This document shows positions 25,252-34,286 of a DNA stretch of 53,954 nt, piece by piece. Under the pieces are notes generated by a model that saw nothing but the letters and a program-made list of their open reading frames with translations, was not told the origin of the DNA and searched no databases. This DNA is from a virus (taxonomy: Duplodnaviria; Caudoviricetes). Numbering within the stretch: the first letter of the stretch is position 1; each line of letters starts with the position of its first letter. The position numbers were made by a program, and so were the translations under genes. The DNA is taken from positions 1 to 53,954 of IMG/VR virus record IMGVR_UViG_3300022562_000719; one strand, written 5' to 3'.

Positions 25252-25262
25252 CATGGTTTTGT

Positions 25263-25335
25263 GCGGCGATAGCACATTGATAGTGCGCCCGAACCAATCG
25301 GGAGAAGGCGGTTTAATTCCGACCTCGCCGCTCCA
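25263..25335 (+). tRNA. Non-canonical tRNA-like element (tRNA-Gly-like acceptor stem)
   Basis: GCGGCGA/TCGCCGC acceptor + U discriminator + CCA. D stem GCAC/GTGC. Anticodon stem CCCGA/TCGGG with a 5-nt loop. T loop TTTAATT with a bulged stem. Confidence 0.6.
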
Positions 25336-25436
25336 TGCGGCTCATCAGAGGATTATTCGGGTTGCGAGCGAGTTTGAATGGCCGGCGTCAGCTGAACTCC
25401 CATTGAGAACGAATGTATAAATAAGGAGCCTCAAAT

Positions 25437-25473
25437 ATAAAAAGACCCGCCGCCTCATTCAAGAAGCGGCGGG
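25437..25473 (-). terminator. Rho-independent terminator ending the late arm
   Basis: 8-bp GC stem (25446-53 / 25466-73) followed by TCTTTTTAT on the minus strand, where the two arms converge. Confidence 0.8.
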
Positions 25474-25512
25474 CAAGTCGATCAGGGAGGAAGGCCGTTG
25501 ACCCCAGGCCCA
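25437..25512 (-). ncRNA. suhB/MmgR-like small RNA
   Basis: Minus strand UUCCUCCCU-gauc-GACUU-g followed by a CCCGCCGC/GCGGCGGG hairpin and U-tract; 5' end uncertain. Confidence 0.6.
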
Positions 25513-25554
25513 AGGGGCTGGCGCTAGACCCAGGACGGAAACTAGCGCAAGCTG

Positions 25555-26010
25555 CTATCTCGAAGCATAATGTCTATGGTGTCTCTTGGCTGATGCGTAG
25601 CGCGAGCCGCACGGTGCCGCAGTTACCTGCGCCTGAATGTGCCCGCGATCTCCGTTGCACCACTCTGCACCACTCTGCGCTCCGTGTGCACGCGCCACCT
25701 TTGCCTCGATGGCTGGCGACGGCAGATGACAGCGCCGGTCGACCACGCCGCGAGCGTACTGGCAGAGGTCTAGGGCCAATCCCCACGGGTGCATGTGACG
25801 GATCGAACCGTGCCCCTTTCTGTAACCACCCATGAAGCGGATCGCCGCACCGTAATTATTTTCCAAGTCATCGATGATAGCCTGCGCCGTCGCGGCGAAT
25901 TTCGCCGACACTTGCGCAGTCGCTCCGGTCTTGTGGGATCTGATCGTCTCGGACGAGGCTGGAAGGCTCAGTAGGCAAAGCAATATTGTAGCGCATATTG
26001 TCCTTGTCAC
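25555..26010 (-). CDS. Exported peptidase M15-like cell-wall hydrolase
   Basis: Signal peptide; GGYR...HPWGLALD (HxxxxxxD)...DRGH. Confidence 0.7.
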   Translation of the reverse strand: MTRTICATILLCLLSLPASSETIRSHKTGATAQVSAKFAATAQAIIDDLENNYGAAIRFMGGYRKGHGSIRHMHPWGLALDLCQYARGVVDRRCHLPSPAIEAKVARAHGAQSGAEWCNGDRGHIQAQVTAAPCGSRYASAKRHHRHYASR

Positions 26011-26028
26011 TTTTAGTCTCCATCATTG

Positions 26029-27199
26029 TTACATTGGTATGACGGCGAGCCACACGAAGAAGCCGCCGACGAGAAACATCGACACCAGCAGCCCGAACGC
26101 AACGGTGATGGCTGCGGTGGCGATAGGCGACGTGTGCGACGGTTGCGGGTGAAAGCCGTCACGGTGAACCTTTCTGGTCGGGTATATGGAGAGCATCAGT
26201 CCAGCACCACGGTGTCTACTGGGCCGAAGCTTACGCGCAGCGGCCACAAGTATTGAGTGAAGTTGCAGTAGAAGTCATTCGTTAGATAAATCTTGGCTGG
26301 GCCGGGAGCGATGTCGTCAGGCATCACGCGCTTGTGCCCTGAGATCAGGGTGCCCTTAATCTCGACTGAATCCTCTGTGATCAACCCGAATGCAGCGGTC
26401 ATCGGCTCTCCAACCCAAATCTTTCCGGATGAGTCGCGCAGGTACAGGTAAATGACGCCGGGACATCTGCGTGGCAGGTTGTAATATTTCCACTGAAGCT
26501 GGAACAGCTCGCCGTGCCTTATCTTTGCCGGTATGGTGTGACCTTCAGTAAGCAAGAACGGAGGCTCGCGGTCCATCGCCACCCACGTTATCGGTCCGAT
26601 CACGAAAATGGCGAACAGCGCTGCGTAAATGTTCTTGCGCAGAAAGTAACCAATGGCCACGTAGATGTCGTGCTTCAGCAGGCGAACCCATTCGACCATT
26701 CAGTGTCTCCCGACCCAGTAGTCAGTTAAGAAGGATCTCAGCCCACCGACGATTGCCATGACGATAGCGATCCACATGCCCCAAGCCTTCAGCCGTTCGC
26801 GCAGCATCTTACGAAACCAATTCCGCCCCTCGTCGTAATGAATAATACGACGCAACACGCGCAGTTCGTCATCTGAGAGGGGAGGTTCGGTCACTTACTT
26901 AGTTCGATCTTGTGTTGCCGCAGTTGCTTCAGCGTTTCGGTCGCGTCGTCTATGCGCTTCTGGTTGAGCGCGCGTACTGACGGGTCTTTCAGCAGCTCCT
27001 GCGTGATGATAGCGTCGCTCTGCGCGCGAGCGTAGATGTCGATTGCGTTCTCGGTCTGCTGGCGGTCGAGCCGCTTGACGTCGCTGCTCCAGGCTGGCGT
27101 GTCCCAACCCATAGTGTGCCAGAATCCGATGAGCGCGATGATGGCCATGGCCACCGCGCCAGCTCGCACGATATACCGAAACATCAGCTTGAAATTCAC
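26029..27199 (-). CDS. Four small membrane proteins (26029-~26199, 26196-26699, 26700-26894, 26891-27199)
   Basis: Coupled ORFs, each with one hydrophobic segment, downstream of the spanins. Confidence 0.6.
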
Positions 27200-27201
27200 C
27201 G

Positions 27202-27330
27202 CTACCTCCTCTTGCGCTTAACCTTGTCCATGCGCTCGCGGACGGTCATCGTCGGGTGCGCCTCAGCATAGGCGCGCGTCACCACGCGCCCGGTCTTCGC
27301 GCTGCGGTAGATGTACTTATGCTTGGTCAT
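27202..27330 (-). CDS. Small basic protein
   Basis: YRSAKTGRVVTRAYAEAHPTMTVRE; AAGGAG RBS. Confidence 0.65.
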   Translation of the reverse strand: MTKHKYIYRSAKTGRVVTRAYAEAHPTMTVRERMDKVKRKRR

Positions 27331-27740
27331 GACGTAGGCTCCTTGTGCTTTCGATTCTTGAACGTCTTGATCGGATGGCGGATCTTTTGCCACACCGTCG
27401 TCCTGACGGTCACGGTCGCAGGCTTGGTCGGCGAAAGTAGGTCAGGCTTGGTCGGCGGAGTCACCGTCACCTGCGAGGCAGAAACGCGGTCCAGCTCCGC
27501 TGGTCGCTGCAACGGTCTCGTCCAGCCGCAGCCGGCAACGCCTGCCTCCGTTATCTTGTCCGCCCATATCTGGTCGAACTTGGCGCGTCCCTTGATCTGG
27601 TATTCAGGTCGAGGAAAAGAGGAGCAGGAGCCTTCCAGCGAGGCGAAGTTGGTCTTAGTGGCACACGCCGAGAGTAGTGTCCCAGTTGCCACCAATACGA
27701 TTACACTCGTCGATCTGGCGCGTAATTTTTTCCACGGCAC
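27327..27740 (-). CDS. o-spanin (Rz1-like lipoprotein)
   Basis: Lipobox LLSAC, Pro-rich, overlaps the i-spanin. Confidence 0.7.
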   Translation of the reverse strand: MPWKKLRARSTSVIVLVATGTLLSACATKTNFASLEGSCSSFPRPEYQIKGRAKFDQIWADKITEAGVAGCGWTRPLQRPAELDRVSASQVTVTPPTKPDLLSPTKPATVTVRTTVWQKIRHPIKTFKNRKHKEPTS

Positions 27741-27915
27741 GTTTAGCCTCCTCGTTCTTGTTGGCTACTGCCACGACGGCGGCGTTCCAACCCTTGACGT
27801 AATAGTGATCTGCGAACATCCCCCATCCTATCAGGAAGCCGATAGCGATTGCCACGCTGATCGCGATGGTGCGACCAATTTTCGTCTCAATTAGAAAAAG
27901 AAAGATTCCGCTCAT
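27655..27915 (-). CDS. i-spanin (Rz-like)
   Basis: N-terminal TM plus helical region, directly after the endolysin. Confidence 0.7.
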   Translation of the reverse strand: MSGIFLFLIETKIGRTIAISVAIAIGFLIGWGMFADHYYVKGWNAAVVAVANKNEEAKRAVEKITRQIDECNRIGGNWDTTLGVCH

Positions 27916-28443
27916 TCAATCCTCCCTAAGACACCACGGGTTCTCGCCCCACATGGCATCAGTTCGACGGTTGATTAACCCGCGCAAGACCTTGCCATCG
28001 GCACGGATATATCTAACAAGATAAGCGCAGCCAGCTTTTATATCACCTGCTCTGAAGGCCTCCCCAACGCCACCCTCGCATATCCGCTTGGGCCCCAAGT
28101 TATAGCTCGCGCTTATAAGTGCCGCCTGCCTATGGGGTGGCATATCCGGAAAACTTGGAATGCATTTAACGAGCGGGTCAATATATTTTGGTAGTTCCTG
28201 CTTTAACGCCTCTTGGCATTGCTCATGGGTAAAATGCTGGCCAACCTTTAGCCCTGGCCAATCGTAATTCGTAATACCATTACAAACCGTAATCACTCCG
28301 GCCGGGTCAAACGAATTGTGCTTCGCTATCGGGTCTTCTCCCTCCCAATGCGTTATCAAAACGAGAGCAAGCGCAAGACCAGCCGCCGAAGCGCCGCCGG
28401 CATATCTGGCCTTATTGGTTTTGATATGTTCAATTACTGGCAT
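27916..28443 (-). CDS. Endolysin, GH24 lysozyme (SAR-type N-terminus)
   Basis: Gly/Ala-rich TM then WEG...DPAGVITVCNGIT, SYNLG, GLINRR. Confidence 0.9.
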   Translation of the reverse strand: MPVIEHIKTNKARYAGGASAAGLALALVLITHWEGEDPIAKHNSFDPAGVITVCNGITNYDWPGLKVGQHFTHEQCQEALKQELPKYIDPLVKCIPSFPDMPPHRQAALISASYNLGPKRICEGGVGEAFRAGDIKAGCAYLVRYIRADGKVLRGLINRRTDAMWGENPWCLRED

Positions 28444-29063
28444 GGTTCAAAAACTATATCCAATGCAATCCGGCCAGCCTCACGATAGCCGGGCAATAAG
28501 TTTCTAATCTTATCAAATGACCCCCAGCCATATTGCTCGCCTAATCCTTGTTCTTCAATCTGGATAACAGGTCTATATTTTTCGATTGTCTTGACCGCCC
28601 CGCATAACGCAGGGTATTCCATCCCCTCAACATCAAACATCAAAAAGTCACAAGCAGGCAAATTCAAATCGTCAATCCTATATACCGGAATATCGCCAGC
28701 GGCTTTTGCTCCGTAATGGCCTCCGGTATATTTGTGTTTTTCAAGCTGCAATGGCCCCCTATCATTCCCGATAAAGCCGCGCGCCGCGTACACGTTCGGC
28801 AACGCCGCATTGCGGGCCAGACAATGGAAATTAATGTCGTCTGGTTCAAACGTGTAAACGGAATTGAAAACGCCGGCTAAATATTTAGCCCATACACCGC
28901 AATGGCCACCAGCTTGTATTACTACGTTTTGCGCTTTGGTTAGGCTTATTGCCAGCGATGTGTCTGATATGTGGTCAAGATAGTATTTCTTCCGTTTTTC
29001 CGCCATTTTCCTTGGCCACCAGTATCCCTCATCTCGGATCAGTGGAAATTGCGCTTTTGCCAT
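28434..29063 (-). CDS. FkbM-family SAM methyltransferase
   Basis: VIQAGGHCGVW, VYTFEP, DVEGME...PVIQIE. Confidence 0.85.
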   Translation of the reverse strand: MAKAQFPLIRDEGYWWPRKMAEKRKKYYLDHISDTSLAISLTKAQNVVIQAGGHCGVWAKYLAGVFNSVYTFEPDDINFHCLARNAALPNVYAARGFIGNDRGPLQLEKHKYTGGHYGAKAAGDIPVYRIDDLNLPACDFLMFDVEGMEYPALCGAVKTIEKYRPVIQIEEQGLGEQYGWGSFDKIRNLLPGYREAGRIALDIVFEPCQ

Positions 29064-29293
29064 TAGTCGTTTTCAAATACCTTTTGCGCGACTATTCGGG
29101 AAACAAAGGCCGCCGCTATAATAATGAATAGGATAGCCGAGAACGCCCAAGGCGGAATGTTCCAATAAGGTTGGGCAATAGGAAGCACCGCCTCGCAACC
29201 TGAAAGAATGCCAGCCAAGGCAAGTAGTCTTATGCTCCAGGCATGGCGCAATATCTTACGCCAGTCGTGGCGCAGTTTTAGATTTCGGCGCAT
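29063..29293 (-). CDS. Holin
   Basis: DWRKILRHAWSIRL, two TM segments, RIVAQ; start uncertain. Confidence 0.75.
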   Translation of the reverse strand: MRRNLKLRHDWRKILRHAWSIRLLALAGILSGCEAVLPIAQPYWNIPPWAFSAILFIIIAAAFVSRIVAQKVFEND

Positions 29294-29366
29294 TAGCTTG
29301 TGAACATTATGGAAAAGAAAAGGAAGCTTAGGCAAAAAAGAAAGGAAACCGCAAGAATTCTGTCAA

Positions 29367-30137
29367 TCATACCACGCCCGCGCTTGTCAGACTTCCGACC
29401 AATGAAAATGACCCGCCACCGAGTTGATTGGTAGCAAAGCTAGACGGCGTTCCATTGGAACTAAACAGGATGGAACCGCCGGCCGGGAAGTTTACCGGAT
29501 CAACCGGCCTACCTGTCTCGCTTATGAACTGCCGCCTTGTTGCTTCCGGGATTGTATTGGTTCCGTCATGTAGTTTTACACCAGGAGCAATCCAAACATC
29601 GGCAACGTCCATAGTAGGACCATATGCATAACCGTCAATGTCGCCAAATATGAAACGATTTCCATTAAAAAGGCTTGTGGTTGACGCTGGGCCAAGATCA
29701 GAATTAGTTGTAGGGGCAACTAATGTATCGTTGATATACATTAGCATTATCTTGTTTCCTTGGGATTGATTGGTATCGACGGAAAACAGCCAATGATTGA
29801 AATTGCTATAGTCCAGCCCCGTCCAATGACCGGAAAATGATGTAACGGATGGCGTATCGTAAACGAATTCAAACCCACTTCCTGAATTGCTCATTTCAGG
29901 TTCATAGTTCCATGTCGGGGAAGTGACCCATAACCCGGCCTGATAATTAAGGGGGTCCATAAAACCACGCGACCAAATGGACATAGAAAAATAACCATTG
30001 GTATCTGAACAACTAAGACTAGCGCAATCTAGCGCAGTGGGGCCACCACCCTGTTTGCTGCCGTCAAAATGAACCGCGTTGCAGACATATCCTGCGGTAA
30101 TAAATGAAAGACCGGAAGCCGAATCGCCAAAAAGCAT
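29367..30137 (-). CDS. Lectin/LamG-like tail-tip or receptor-binding protein
   Basis: AVHFDG, SMSIW, HWLFSVD, MYIND pattern; last tail gene. Confidence 0.6.
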   Translation of the reverse strand: MLFGDSASGLSFITAGYVCNAVHFDGSKQGGGPTALDCASLSCSDTNGYFSMSIWSRGFMDPLNYQAGLWVTSPTWNYEPEMSNSGSGFEFVYDTPSVTSFSGHWTGLDYSNFNHWLFSVDTNQSQGNKIMLMYINDTLVAPTTNSDLGPASTTSLFNGNRFIFGDIDGYAYGPTMDVADVWIAPGVKLHDGTNTIPEATRRQFISETGRPVDPVNFPAGGSILFSSNGTPSSFATNQLGGGSFSLVGSLTSAGVV

Positions 30138-30138
30138 T

Positions 30139-31440
30139 TTATGCCGTCACGTTGTCCGGGCGATAAATAATCCAGAAACCGGCATATACGGTTTGCGTAT
30201 CATCGGCCAAGGCTCCAATTGGGGTACAGGTCCGCCCGTTCCATACGATGGTGGGTGTGTCTGCGTTTAATGTATATGCCAATTGCTTTTCACATTCTGC
30301 GGCCATTTGATTATTTGGATTTACATATAACGGTAATAACCCATGAATAAAATCACTTATTGGCCCATCACCGTAAAATCGTTTTTCGGCAGTTAAATTA
30401 GTACCCCACGCCGACCATGGTGCAGACGTTGGCAATTTTGATTGTGGCACATTCCCGGGCGCAGGGCTTCCTTGCGTCCAATCCCATGGCGGGTTTGTTC
30501 CTGCCGCGCTACCATAATAAGGCCCCGTAGCACATAAGGCCGGGGGAACCCCCAAAGTCGTACTCCACCCCGTAGGACTCGCGCTCCAATAGCCGTCAAA
30601 CGAAATAACGCTATGGCCCAACCCCGTTGACCCCGTAAAGTCTCCAGCACCATCCAATGTTGAATATGCATCTACCCAATAATTCATAGTTTGCGTAGTA
30701 TATGTCGAAAGGCAATACATTTGTCCGCTAAAATCGTTATCTGTAGCCGAACCATAATAATTTCCGCTCCAGCCAATGAAATTATTTATCATCTGAAATC
30801 GATGATGGACAACTATATAAACGCCTTCATTGAAGTTTACGATATTCTGAAATGGGTCGGTCCTTATCGGCTTTTCGTCGCTACCATCATAGCCTGAAAT
30901 CAACTCGTCATCATCGGTCGGTGCCCATGACATATCGCCCATTTCAGGATTGCCAGTGAATGTATGAAGGCTTTCCTGGTATCGGTCTGCTTTATCTATG
31001 GTCCTGAATTGATCTAAAAATTCAACCTCTATCCAAGGGCCGTCATCATCAATAACGCCCGGCGTTTCATAATACCTATAGGAGTGGGTTTTTTCGTGGG
31101 CACTGAAATGCGGGGGTATTGAGTCCGAGCCGGTCTTATTGTCGAAAGTGTAGATGTGCTCTTGTGACCGATTATGCGGGTCAATCACTTTCCATTCGTC
31201 AATGCGCTCAACTTTCAGGGGGTCGCCGGATGTGTCGTTTTCTCCATCTATGCTTGGGTACAGTTCATCTACATGTACTGCCCTATCGGCGGATTCTGTA
31301 TTATTAATAGAAAAATCATATTGCTGATAACGGGAATGGGGGTCAATAGAGGAAAACCCATTCAAAAGCGTAATGGGTATTTGAGTCCCGCCGGGTAGCG
31401 TTATTATCTTCCTCGCCCGCTTGCGACCAATAATAGTCAT
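30139..31440 (-). CDS. Minor tail protein
   Basis: 433 aa with a thrice-repeated ID...RxQ motif; AT-richer region. Confidence 0.55.
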   Translation of the reverse strand: MTIIGRKRARKIITLPGGTQIPITLLNGFSSIDPHSRYQQYDFSINNTESADRAVHVDELYPSIDGENDTSGDPLKVERIDEWKVIDPHNRSQEHIYTFDNKTGSDSIPPHFSAHEKTHSYRYYETPGVIDDDGPWIEVEFLDQFRTIDKADRYQESLHTFTGNPEMGDMSWAPTDDDELISGYDGSDEKPIRTDPFQNIVNFNEGVYIVVHHRFQMINNFIGWSGNYYGSATDNDFSGQMYCLSTYTTQTMNYWVDAYSTLDGAGDFTGSTGLGHSVISFDGYWSASPTGWSTTLGVPPALCATGPYYGSAAGTNPPWDWTQGSPAPGNVPQSKLPTSAPWSAWGTNLTAEKRFYGDGPISDFIHGLLPLYVNPNNQMAAECEKQLAYTLNADTPTIVWNGRTCTPIGALADDTQTVYAGFWIIYRPDNVTA

Positions 31441-31441
31441 A

Positions 31442-31759
31442 TTATACTGTCGTTTCTATCAATCGGCCCCAAATGTCCCAATCATTCGTATCACCAACTC
31501 GCTTAAGCCCGACTACGCAACCCTGACCAGGGGAAGCATTATTGCAATTATATTGCGGATTAATTGCCGCTGGTTCTGAGGTGGTGGATATTATTTCGTA
31601 AGTGCATCCTGAAGATGTTTCATCCCTAATATGAAGTTCACACCAACTGCCAAAATCTTGCGAAGGGTCGATGGTTATAGCACAAGATGCACCGGTAAAT
31701 CTAAGGTAGCGCCCCTCATCATCCGGGGTCGGGCTCGCCGTCGATGGAAGTAAAGTCAA
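31442..31759 (-). CDS. Tail-associated domain, possibly a frameshifted continuation of 31719-32156
   Basis: DEGRYLRFT...LKRVG...WDIWGRL; no RBS at the TTG. Confidence 0.5.
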   Translation of the reverse strand: MTLLPSTASPTPDDEGRYLRFTGASCAITIDPSQDFGSWCELHIRDETSSGCTYEIISTTSEPAAINPQYNCNNASPGQGCVVGLKRVGDTNDWDIWGRLIETTV

Positions 31760-32156
31760 TCAGCTCGCGGTAGTAGTCGTGCCCAAGTCCATCGTTCGCC
31801 GTACCCACGAACGTGGTGTCTGAAGTATGATTGATGAGCACCGCCCACAGTCGCCCCTTCGCCGTGAACAGCTTATTGGCCGCGTAGAACGTCGACGGCT
31901 GCCACGGCCCAGTAAATAATTCATTGAAGGTCTCGGCGACCGGCAGCGCGCCAGCATTGATGTCCTCGCTCGAAGCCTTGACCAGATGCAGCTCGCCGGC
32001 AGTGCTGATGTACGCGGAAGAGAACGGCGAGAGCGAGCTGGTCAGGCTCTCCAGGTCGGTCAAGCGGTCATCGAAGTTGTGAAGGTTGGCGTCACCCTCA
32101 ACCTTGGTGAGCTTTGATCCCTTGACCAGCCTGTAGGTGATGACATAGTCGGTCAT
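31719..32156 (-). CDS. Tail protein with CBM5/12-like motif
   Basis: KGSKLT..EGDAN; WQPSTFY...W....H.S. Confidence 0.6.
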   Translation of the reverse strand: MTDYVITYRLVKGSKLTKVEGDANLHNFDDRLTDLESLTSSLSPFSSAYISTAGELHLVKASSEDINAGALPVAETFNELFTGPWQPSTFYAANKLFTAKGRLWAVLINHTSDTTFVGTANDGLGHDYYRELIDFTSIDGEPDPG

Positions 32157-32362
32157 GTTGCCTTCTTCTCGGTTGGCCGCTTCTGATAATAATACGTGAT
32201 GGTCAACGACACGGTGCCAGAGAATGTCTTCGGACCGCCGTTCTCACCGCAGATTATCTTGACGTTGTCCGGCGTCTTGCTCTCCGACGCGGCGGGAGGT
32301 ACCGGAGCTGGCGTATAGACCGGAGTCTGAAACGGTCGAACTATGCCGTCCAAGCTACCCAT
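32153..32362 (-). CDS. Small tail-region protein
   Basis: Coupled to both neighbours. Confidence 0.6.
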   Translation of the reverse strand: MGSLDGIVRPFQTPVYTPAPVPPAASESKTPDNVKIICGENGGPKTFSGTVSLTITYYYQKRPTEKKAT

Positions 32363-34286
32363 TGGGAGCCGCCGCCAAATCTATATGTTTCGGCAGCTCT
32401 ACCGGCGTCGTGCTCAAGTCAATTGTTCGGTCAATGCCACCGTTGAGTGGCTTCAGTTCCAGATTAAAGACCTTTGTCGGAACGGTGATAATATTCGGCG
32501 TCGGCTGTCCGGTAAACATATCCAACCTCTGCCCAGCCTGCACCTGCGCAGTGGAATCGGTAAAACTCTGGCTCACCACGACCTGTGACCGCTGCAACGG
32601 GAAGGCGATTTCATCTGGACCAGGTTCGTAGACTGGCGGCGTGTAACCGACCTCGCCAAGGCTAACGACCTCGCCAGTCCGCTCGTAATAGTCATCGATG
32701 TAGTCATCGTCGATGTAATCGTCCTCGCCGGCATCTGCAGAGACTGAGCCACCGTACCCTATGCAGCAGCCTATGGTCACAAAACCCGACATAGTCGTGG
32801 CGTTGCCGTCAGCGCTGAATCCGTATCGAATAATCTTTCCAGTGGCTACTCCACCTGGCAGCTTCGAGTAGTAAAGCGTCGCATTTTTCCTGCACGACAA
32901 TTCAATGGCGCGCTCGAATGGGATATCTGCCGTCAGTTCGATAGCGCGGGCGCGCTGCTTGAAGTGCGCCAGCCCGATGCTGATGAGGTAGTCGCGTGCG
33001 CTCTTTCCTCTATCTGTGGGAAAGAAGTTGTTACCTGTAGGGCTATTGAGAGGCGTCACGCCGTCAATGGGGATGCCTACGTCGGTGCCGTTCAGCGGTC
33101 CAATGGTCTCGGTGACCGCGCTAGGATCTGGCTGATTAATGAGCGGCTGCACGTTCGCCGTCATCTTGATTGTTATGGTCTCTGTTCGTTTTATGCCAGC
33201 GTCGTAGCCAAGCGTGAGACCACAGTTCACCTGCGCGAGCGCAACAAGCATCACATTGGCGTTGTAATGCAACGGGATGTTTTGGCTGACCTCATCGCCA
33301 ATTAATATATCGTTCTGAAAGTCCTCCCAGCCACCAGGCTTGTGGCCATTCTGAATGCTCTCGCTGATCTTAATGAATTGTCCAGACTGCGTGGGAAACG
33401 CGCAGTTCATAAACTGAATACTCATCACGTCTCCATTGACGTGCTTCTTATCCTTGTTCTCATAATTAAACCCGAACTGCTGTACGACGGCTCCCTCTAA
33501 TCCATTAACGTCGATGGCATACGTGCCGTCACCTATCTTCCACGATCCGGCAAGTGAACTCCCGACCTTCGGCCAGTCGTTCTTGATCGAGAGTGCGTTG
33601 TAGGCATTGATAAACCAATCACCAACCTTGAGCGAACCGCTTTGCTGCTGCGTCCATGGCACAGTGCCTATGATCGTCAAGCCGGTCGCCGGGGGATCTT
33701 TAATCTGCGGCTTGATCTCCGGCTTGATCTCATTAGACGCAAACACCTCTGTGCCATCTTCGCCTGTCAAGATGTCAGTAGTACGCACCTGGCCGGTGAT
33801 TCGGTCGATATCCCACACCCGAGACCAGCCTTGCAGAACGGTATCAGGATCTCCAGTATAGGTGTAATCGTCATTGACTGTGAGTCGCTTGGCAGGATCA
33901 ATGAATATGGGTTCGTAATTCGGAGCCGTCATCAGCGTGAGCGCGACGCCCACCTTCTGCGACAGGAAATCCAACGGCTTTCCAAGGAACTCAAATATCA
34001 CGCCCTCACCAACGAAGTCACTCGGTATTGTTATAAGCTGCCCGTGCATCAGCGGCACGATGGTGCCGGCAGTATCTCCCTTCCTATAAGCCAACCACGC
34101 CCATTGTTTTCTCAATATGTTGAGCAGTCCGATCTTCGGATGCTTGACGTAGATCGACAGTTTGGCGAAGTCATTCTCCGCCTGCTCAACCTTTAACGAT
34201 GCTATGCCCTCGTCCTTCACCGCGTAGGCTTCGTCCCACGTCGTGTTGGTCTCGGTGACCCAATGAAAGAAGAACTCGCGCGCCAC
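32355..34286 (-). CDS. Tail tip/baseplate hub protein
   Basis: 643 aa; second gene after the tape measure. Confidence 0.6.
   Translation of the reverse strand: MAREFFFHWVTETNTTWDEAYAVKDEGIASLKVEQAENDFAKLSIYVKHPKIGLLNILRKQWAWLAYRKGDTAGTIVPLMHGQLITIPSDFVGEGVIFEFLGKPLDFLSQKVGVALTLMTAPNYEPIFIDPAKRLTVNDDYTYTGDPDTVLQGWSRVWDIDRITGQVRTTDILTGEDGTEVFASNEIKPEIKPQIKDPPATGLTIIGTVPWTQQQSGSLKVGDWFINAYNALSIKNDWPKVGSSLAGSWKIGDGTYAIDVNGLEGAVVQQFGFNYENKDKKHVNGDVMSIQFMNCAFPTQSGQFIKISESIQNGHKPGGWEDFQNDILIGDEVSQNIPLHYNANVMLVALAQVNCGLTLGYDAGIKRTETITIKMTANVQPLINQPDPSAVTETIGPLNGTDVGIPIDGVTPLNSPTGNNFFPTDRGKSARDYLISIGLAHFKQRARAIELTADIPFERAIELSCRKNATLYYSKLPGGVATGKIIRYGFSADGNATTMSGFVTIGCCIGYGGSVSADAGEDDYIDDDYIDDYYERTGEVVSLGEVGYTPPVYEPGPDEIAFPLQRSQVVVSQSFTDSTAQVQAGQRLDMFTGQPTPNIITVPTKVFNLELKPLNGGIDRTIDLSTTPVELPKHIDLAAAPNG

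Larger units (their letters stand above)
23468..25430 (+). repeat. Array of ~10 stop/RBS junction repeats, consensus TTTATARATARGGAGCGGC
   Basis: Copies at 23468, 23701, 24144, 24263, 24354, 24479, 24656, 24846, 25039 and 25415. Confidence 0.85.

Noticed and set aside
25263-25335. Canonical tRNA-Trp(CCA) or functional attP
   Set aside because: It lacks U33, has a 5-nt loop or mismatched stem, a Gly-like acceptor and a bulged T stem; no integrase was found.
24265-25423. TATAAATA as T4-type late promoters
   Set aside because: No gp55-like sigma factor is present; the motif overlaps stop codons, sits too close to the RBS and varies (TATAGATA, TATAAAAA).
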